This document shows positions 24,238-29,596 of a stretch of 29,596 bases of DNA, one piece after another (positions within the stretch are counted from its first letter, which is position 1; the number at the start of each line of letters is the position of its first letter). The translations under genes were made by a program, and so were the position numbers. The stretch lies in the IMG/VR virus record IMGVR_UViG_3300008255_004732, positions 1 through 29,596 of that record. The stretch is one strand, 5' to 3'. The notes beneath the pieces are model-generated. The model was not told where the DNA came from, did not search any database, and saw nothing but the letters and a program-made list of their open reading frames with translations. The DNA comes from a virus. Taxonomy: Duplodnaviria > Caudoviricetes.

Positions 24238-25602
24238 ATGGGTATATTTGACTTTAGTAATGCATATTATGAGCAGACCAAGAATAATCAGCAACCCAGT
24301 ACACAACAGCTTCAAGGAAATTTCGATGGGGGGTTTAATGCCAATAAACCTGCATCAAGTGCAAAAAGCGGCTCCACCCAATGGAATGAAGCATGGAATT
24401 CCGGTTATACTAACGCAAATTCTAGTAGCAATCCTTTTTCGGGTAAAGTAGTTGACGGTTACGATTTAGGTTCTGGCTATTTACAAGGACAACAAAAGTA
24501 CTTTAGCGATAACAAAAAAACTGGCAACGACAATTATAGCCCAGCACCTCCATCAAATTACAATTCATCACCTTCCTCCTCAAACAACAACTCAGGCGGT
24601 CAAGATGCCCTTATCAGTGCCATGATGGCAAAAGGGCACAGTAGAGATAGCGCTTTAGCTGCTTTATCTGGTCGTGGATACGAATCTTTAGCTAATGAGT
24701 ACCTAGGAGCCAGCAATGGAGGTTCTGATGCCGCTCTCAAAGCGTGGCAAGATCAACAGAGAGGTGTCATTGAGTCAGGATACAACGAATATGAAAACAG
24801 GCTTAAGGGTATGCAAGGGGATATCAGTTCCTCTAGAGATCAACACATCAGCACCGCAGAAGATACTTACTCAAAGATTTTCGGTGGCTTAGATGAACAG
24901 AAAGGAGCCAATTTAGAGAAGCTAGGAGCAGGGAGACAAGCCGTCTCACAAAGACAATCAGAATCAATCGAAGACCTCAAAAAGAACCTCGCAGACGTCG
25001 TAAGAGGCACCAGTATGCAACTTGGAGCCATAGGAGCAGGTGATACCAGCGCAGCTAAGGTAATGATGCCTTACGCTTATACAAAGATAGCAGGCAATGA
25101 AGAAGGCGGAATCCGAAGACAAGCTAATCAACAATTCTTCGATATCGATCAAGAAGAAAGAGATACTAACCTCCAGTACTCTCAAATGTGGAAAGACACC
25201 GAAATCGAGAAAAACAACTCTATCCAAGAGATAAAAGACAAATATGGTGCAATGTTACAGAATATTCAATATTCACTTGCTCAAGCACCTTTAGACAAGC
25301 AAAAAGATCTTTTCAATCTTAATCAAGCAATTTTGGGCGAAGCTTACAACAAATTAGCCACACTTGAGGCAGAGGATAGGCAAAATAAGCAAAACTTAAA
25401 GACTTGGGCCACCAACAGGCTTTCCGAACTTAACAACGCCAAGCTCACAATGGCCAATAGCGCTAAGTTCACCCCAGAAGATATTTTGTACTCTGAGTTA
25501 AAAATGCCAGGGGCAATTCAAGCCAGCTCAGGCAATGAGAATATGGCAAACATAAATTACTCAGCACTCGCAAAAAAGATCAGAGAGGATTATTTATCTT
25601 AA
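24238..25602 (+). CDS. Probable internal virion/ejection protein
   Basis: AAGGAG RBS; N/S/G-rich N-terminus and Q/A-rich coiled coil with no Cys, as in podovirus DNA-transfer proteins. Confidence 0.6.
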   Translation: MGIFDFSNAYYEQTKNNQQPSTQQLQGNFDGGFNANKPASSAKSGSTQWNEAWNSGYTNANSSSNPFSGKVVDGYDLGSGYLQGQQKYFSDNKKTGNDNYSPAPPSNYNSSPSSSNNNSGGQDALISAMMAKGHSRDSALAALSGRGYESLANEYLGASNGGSDAALKAWQDQQRGVIESGYNEYENRLKGMQGDISSSRDQHISTAEDTYSKIFGGLDEQKGANLEKLGAGRQAVSQRQSESIEDLKKNLADVVRGTSMQLGAIGAGDTSAAKVMMPYAYTKIAGNEEGGIRRQANQQFFDIDQEERDTNLQYSQMWKDTEIEKNNSIQEIKDKYGAMLQNIQYSLAQAPLDKQKDLFNLNQAILGEAYNKLATLEAEDRQNKQNLKTWATNRLSELNNAKLTMANSAKFTPEDILYSELKMPGAIQASSGNENMANINYSALAKKIREDYLS

Positions 25603-25615
25603 AGGAGGCAACCTT

Positions 25616-28600
25616 ATGGCCAACTCGTTAGCAGACCTTATACAGAAGGTGAAAAAGTCGTGGCAGGATACTTTAGACAGTACCTCTATCGATGAACGTG
25701 TCTCTGGCCTTGTAAAAAGTCCCAAAAAGTACTTCACCGATCCTAACTATAATAAAGGTAATAACTTCTGGTCAGGTCCAGTAGCAGGTGCTGCTGCGGG
25801 AGTACAAAGAACCACTCAAAAACTAGAAAATATCCCCAGGATAAAGATACAAGCCCCTCAAGTAAAGACTGGTTCTAGAGCAGGTGACGTGGTCGTGAAT
25901 GCTATCCCTACACTACTTGCAGGAACAGCCGAGAGTATTGTAAACATTCCCGGTAACTACGTTAAAGGTGTTGCGAGAACAGGAAATTACATAGGAGAAA
26001 TGGCAAGAGGAGATTCTAAATTTGACGTAGGTAGATCAGTAAGGTCTATAGCTCCTGTGGCAGAATCAATCTTCGATGTCGCTTCCTTTGGAGTCGGAAA
26101 ACAGGCAGTTAAGAGCGCTGTTAAAGACCTAGGTAAAAAGACATTTACAAAAGCTGTGCTAGGTGGTGCCAAGCAAGGCGCTATTTATGGTGGAACCAGT
26201 GCTTTTCTTAGATCATCATCAGAACAGTCAAAAGAGGTCAACTGGAACGAAGTTTTTCAAGATACCCTCAGTGGAACTGTGGGAGGTGGTTTATTTGGTG
26301 GAGCACTAGGTGGTGCCTCTTTCGGACTGGGTGAAGCAAGAAAAATGCTCGCTAATAACTTAATGGAAAAAAATCCAAAAATGTCCGTCCAAGAAGCTCT
26401 AAAGAAAGTAGATGAGATACCAAGAGATCAGCTAGGTAGGTTCACAAAAAAGGCCGAACATAAAGTTAAATATCCAGGGTTAAGTGAAAGTGAATTTGCC
26501 GAAATTAAGGCATTTGAGAATAGAAGACTTGTGCAAGATCAGAATGGTAATTTGAGAGGTGTTGGTGGACAACCATCGATTAAATATGAACAAAACACTA
26601 ATCTAAAACAGGTTAAGCCTTTAGATGAGATGGGAACAGTCCTAAAGAACCCCAATAATAATAACTCTACCCCAGACTTAAGCAGATATAACTATTTATT
26701 GGAGAAAAATAAAAAAGCAGTACTGTCCCAACAGTCCGGAAAGATTGATCTTGACGCAAAAATAAGTTTAGGAAAAAATTCAAAATCCAAGACACAGGTT
26801 TCCACACCAAATAAGACAACCAAAGACCTGTTATTATCGCCACAAAATCAATCACAACCTAGTATATCTCAAAAAAAGATGAGTCTCACTCCCGACGGGA
26901 AAATCAAAATCAAGAGAAGTGGGGTGCAAGGTCCATATATAGACAAAAACGGAGAGCTTCAATTCCCCACAAACAAACAGTTCAATAAAGCTGTGCAAGT
27001 TGGAAATCCAGGCTATAACAAGTCAAAAGTTGCTCAACAGACATTTGAGGATGTTGATAACGCTGCAAACTTTGCACTACTTAAGGCAGAAGAGGACTCA
27101 CAATCGTTTAATAACATATTTGCCCAATGGGTAGGCAAAAGAGATTCTGCTAAAACTAAAGCGACTCGGGTAGCTTCTCAGTTCACAGAAATGCCAGGTA
27201 GGGATCCAGTCAAATTAATAAAAGCAATTGAAAATAAAGATGTCAAGGTTAGTGCTAAAGAACAAAAGTACATTGAGAATCTTCGTAAACAATACGATGA
27301 ATTATATAAATCTGCCAAAGAATCTGGCGTAGACATGAACTACGTTGAAGACTACTTAACTCACATCTGGGACAAACCTCTTTCGCAGGTCAAAACCGAA
27401 TACCAAACTGCCAAGCAAAAGTTTAAATTTGCATCAGAAAGAACGGTCCCAACATATGAAGAAGGAATCAAAATGGGACTAGTGCCAAAGTACAATAATC
27501 CAGCCCAAATATTAGAAGAATATATAAGAAGGCTAGAACAGACCAAAGCTAATATTGACCTGTTTAAACAACTTAAAAGAGAGGGATTAGTTGTGGGTGG
27601 ATCAAAGGTGTCAGGTAACCCAGAATTTGCAGCCATTAACGCTCCGGGTTTCCCAAAGGCTACATTCCAAATAGGGGGTAATCAGACTGTTATCAGTAAC
27701 TGGTTCGCACCTAAAAAAGTGGCCGATCAAATTAACCAAGTGTTCAGCCCTCAAGATTATGGAACTGTAGGAAAAATATTTAAAGCTGGTGCAAAAGCAT
27801 CCGGCGCTGTCCAAGATATAACCATGTCAGGCGGTCTACCAAAAACCCCATTAAACGCTTGGACTGTCGCACAGATCAACAAAGAAGTTTTGTCAGGAAG
27901 AATTAAATCGCCTGTTGCAAGCTTCTTTAGGTCCCTTAGTGGTAAAGCTTCTAATAAATATTTTGAAGAAAACGCTAACCAGATCATAAAAATGCAGGAA
28001 AGAAACATCCCTATCTCGACTACCTATGAAGTCAACAATCTTATTGATAAAGGAACGGTCAAGAATATTTTCGGAGAAGGTGTTTCCCAGAATTGGAACA
28101 AATTGATGAATGAACCAACTTTTAAAAGATTTATGCCCCAACTTCAAATTAACCTTTTTAACGATATTGAGTCTTCCTTATTAAAGTCCGGAAAAGGGGA
28201 GCAAGAAGCCGCCGACATTGCCGCAAAAGCTGTCAGAAACTTTTATGGAATTAAGGGGACTGATGCCATTGCCAAAAGTAATAGACTTGTGAGCGATGCC
28301 ATAACTACCGGTATATTTGCCCCAAGATACCGTGAGTCTATGATTAACTTCTGGGCAAACAATGTCAAAGCTCTAAAAAATCCTCTCGCACCTGAAAATA
28401 TAACCAACACTAAATTTGCTATCGGAGCCGTTATCACCTACCTGGCCATGAATGAAATAAATAAGTCGAACACAGGTAAGAATATGTGGGAAAACCCATC
28501 AGGGAAAGAAGACAAAATGCTAGTAAAGACAGATGAGGGCTATATGGGAGTACCTTTCTTATCATCTATAGCCACTATGCCTCGTTTTGGAGCAAAGCTT

Positions 28601-29596
28601 GGAAAACACGTAATTGAGGGTAATTTCCCAGAAGCCTCAAGAGACCTAAAAACCCTAGCTTCATCAGGAATAAGACCTGTGTTAGATGTAATGACTAACG
28701 AAGATTACTTTGGTGGCCAGATTTATGACCCAAATAGTGAGAAAAAATGGGGAGATATCGGTCTTTATATGGCTGGACAATACAATCACCCTTATATCAG
28801 AGAGGGAATGAATGTCTTTGCACAGGGTCTACCTGCAGATGTAAAGTCAAAAATGGGAATCAGTAAAACTCCTGTTCCTACCTACCAAACAATCTCTAAA
28901 GCACTGGAGCTACCTTTCAGATTCTATAACAACAAAAACGGAAGAGATGCCCTGCAAACTGCCTACTACTTCGATGACAGGGACCAAGTAACGAAATCCC
29001 TAGACTCAGGTTCATTGTCAGCGTGGAATATGCTCCACCCAAAGACTTCTAACGGTAGGGAAGTCGTCAACAAAGCCCTATCATCACAACAAAAAGCAAT
29101 TATCTTACTAAGTAATCCTGCCGTTCAAGAAGCCGAAGAAGTGATGGCACTACAACAGCAACAAAGAGGAGAAAAAGTCGATCCGTTATGGCAACTACCA
29201 CCACAATGGAGAAAGGTAGTCTGGGCCTCTAGAGTTCAACTTCCAGGACAGAAAAACACATATGACACTCTCTTATCACAACAACCATGGTATGGCGAGT
29301 TTAAACAAGCTCAAAACGAGTTTTATGACTCAATAGGAGCTAGTAGTAATGACAGCCAGCAAAGCTCAACTATGGCTTATCCTGAACCTTCTGAGTACGT
29401 GCAAAAACAAATGGATGCCAAGAATTGGAGTGACCCTCAAGTACAAGCTTGGTTCGACGCAAAAGATCAATATAACAACCAACTCCTCATTTCAATGGGC
29501 CTTCCACCTATTGGCGGAGGATCATCTTACGGATCAAAATCAAAAAAACTAAAAATCAACTTTACTAAGTTATCTGAGAATAAGGTCTCAGCACCA
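25616..29596 (+). CDS. Large probable ejection/internal virion protein, at least 1327 aa, truncated by the window end (not in ORF track)
   Basis: AAGGAGG RBS, ATG at 25616 (MANSLADLIQKVKK...); frame appears open to the last base (...KVSAP); Gly-zipper 'GTVGGGLFGGALGGASFG', 'PRDQLGRF', 'FAPRY'. Confidence 0.75.
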   Translation, partial: MANSLADLIQKVKKSWQDTLDSTSIDERVSGLVKSPKKYFTDPNYNKGNNFWSGPVAGAAAGVQRTTQKLENIPRIKIQAPQVKTGSRAGDVVVNAIPTLLAGTAESIVNIPGNYVKGVARTGNYIGEMARGDSKFDVGRSVRSIAPVAESIFDVASFGVGKQAVKSAVKDLGKKTFTKAVLGGAKQGAIYGGTSAFLRSSSEQSKEVNWNEVFQDTLSGTVGGGLFGGALGGASFGLGEARKMLANNLMEKNPKMSVQEALKKVDEIPRDQLGRFTKKAEHKVKYPGLSESEFAEIKAFENRRLVQDQNGNLRGVGGQPSIKYEQNTNLKQVKPLDEMGTVLKNPNNNNSTPDLSRYNYLLEKNKKAVLSQQSGKIDLDAKISLGKNSKSKTQVSTPNKTTKDLLLSPQNQSQPSISQKKMSLTPDGKIKIKRSGVQGPYIDKNGELQFPTNKQFNKAVQVGNPGYNKSKVAQQTFEDVDNAANFALLKAEEDSQSFNNIFAQWVGKRDSAKTKATRVASQFTEMPGRDPVKLIKAIENKDVKVSAKEQKYIENLRKQYDELYKSAKESGVDMNYVEDYLTHIWDKPLSQVKTEYQTAKQKFKFASERTVPTYEEGIKMGLVPKYNNPAQILEEYIRRLEQTKANIDLFKQLKREGLVVGGSKVSGNPEFAAINAPGFPKATFQIGGNQTVISNWFAPKKVADQINQVFSPQDYGTVGKIFKAGAKASGAVQDITMSGGLPKTPLNAWTVAQINKEVLSGRIKSPVASFFRSLSGKASNKYFEENANQIIKMQERNIPISTTYEVNNLIDKGTVKNIFGEGVSQNWNKLMNEPTFKRFMPQLQINLFNDIESSLLKSGKGEQEAADIAAKAVRNFYGIKGTDAIAKSNRLVSDAITTGIFAPRYRESMINFWANNVKALKNPLAPENITNTKFAIGAVITYLAMNEINKSNTGKNMWENPSGKEDKMLVKTDEGYMGVPFLSSIATMPRFGAKLGKHVIEGNFPEASRDLKTLASSGIRPVLDVMTNEDYFGGQIYDPNSEKKWGDIGLYMAGQYNHPYIREGMNVFAQGLPADVKSKMGISKTPVPTYQTISKALELPFRFYNNKNGRDALQTAYYFDDRDQVTKSLDSGSLSAWNMLHPKTSNGREVVNKALSSQQKAIILLSNPAVQEAEEVMALQQQQRGEKVDPLWQLPPQWRKVVWASRVQLPGQKNTYDTLLSQQPWYGEFKQAQNEFYDSIGASSNDSQQSSTMAYPEPSEYVQKQMDAKNWSDPQVQAWFDAKDQYNNQLLISMGLPPIGGGSSYGSKSKKLKINFTKLSENKVSAP

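Larger units (their letters stand above)
3940..29596 (+). mobile_element. Prophage or phage-derived region, podovirus-like with P22-type head module; right end outside the window, left boundary approximate
   Basis: Co-oriented, tightly packed phage genes: annealing protein, replication initiator, many small ORFs, TerS, TerL, portal, scaffold, P22-like coat and ejection-like proteins. Confidence 0.9.

Noticed and set aside
25987-29552. Short track ORFs in the last 3.6 kb, and similar short antisense ORFs inside ppsA, the FtsK fusion, terL, portal and coat genes
   Set aside because: They are shadow frames of long, well-supported genes.

Overview
The window has two parts. Positions 1-3894 are a short bacterial housekeeping block: a short holA-like gene, a cupin, ppsA and rsmI. 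The compact, A-rich style suggests a reduced-genome host such as CPR/Patescibacteria (inference). From about 3940 to the window end lies a podovirus-like (P22-type head module) prophage or phage contig, and no integrase is visible. Its early region encodes a membrane-anchored lysozyme-like protein, a RecT-like annealing protein, an unusual PD-(D/E)XK nuclease-FtsK fusion, a replication initiator with internal repeats and about 20 small ORFs. Next come terminases, portal, scaffold, P22-like coat protein, an RNA-structure-rich 1 kb island, two reverse-strand membrane morons and two probable ejection proteins. The last of these is a >1300 aa ORF missing from the ORF track and truncated by the window end. 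The most notable signal is a three-copy leader element upstream of the portal, scaffold/coat and post-coat genes. Each copy is a sigma70 promoter, a conserved YCG-TAA-CC-N7-GG-G-CGR hairpin with a compensatory base pair, and an overlapping intrinsic terminator. This looks like an uncharacterised antitermination switch for late genes, and two small alpha-beta-beta ORFs sit directly upstream of the first copy. Other candidates are a riboswitch-like attenuator, a fold-back mRNA enclosing a 48-aa ORF with a convergent antisense promoter, and a ~200-nt structured RNA. All calls come from reading motifs by eye; no searches or folding programs were run.
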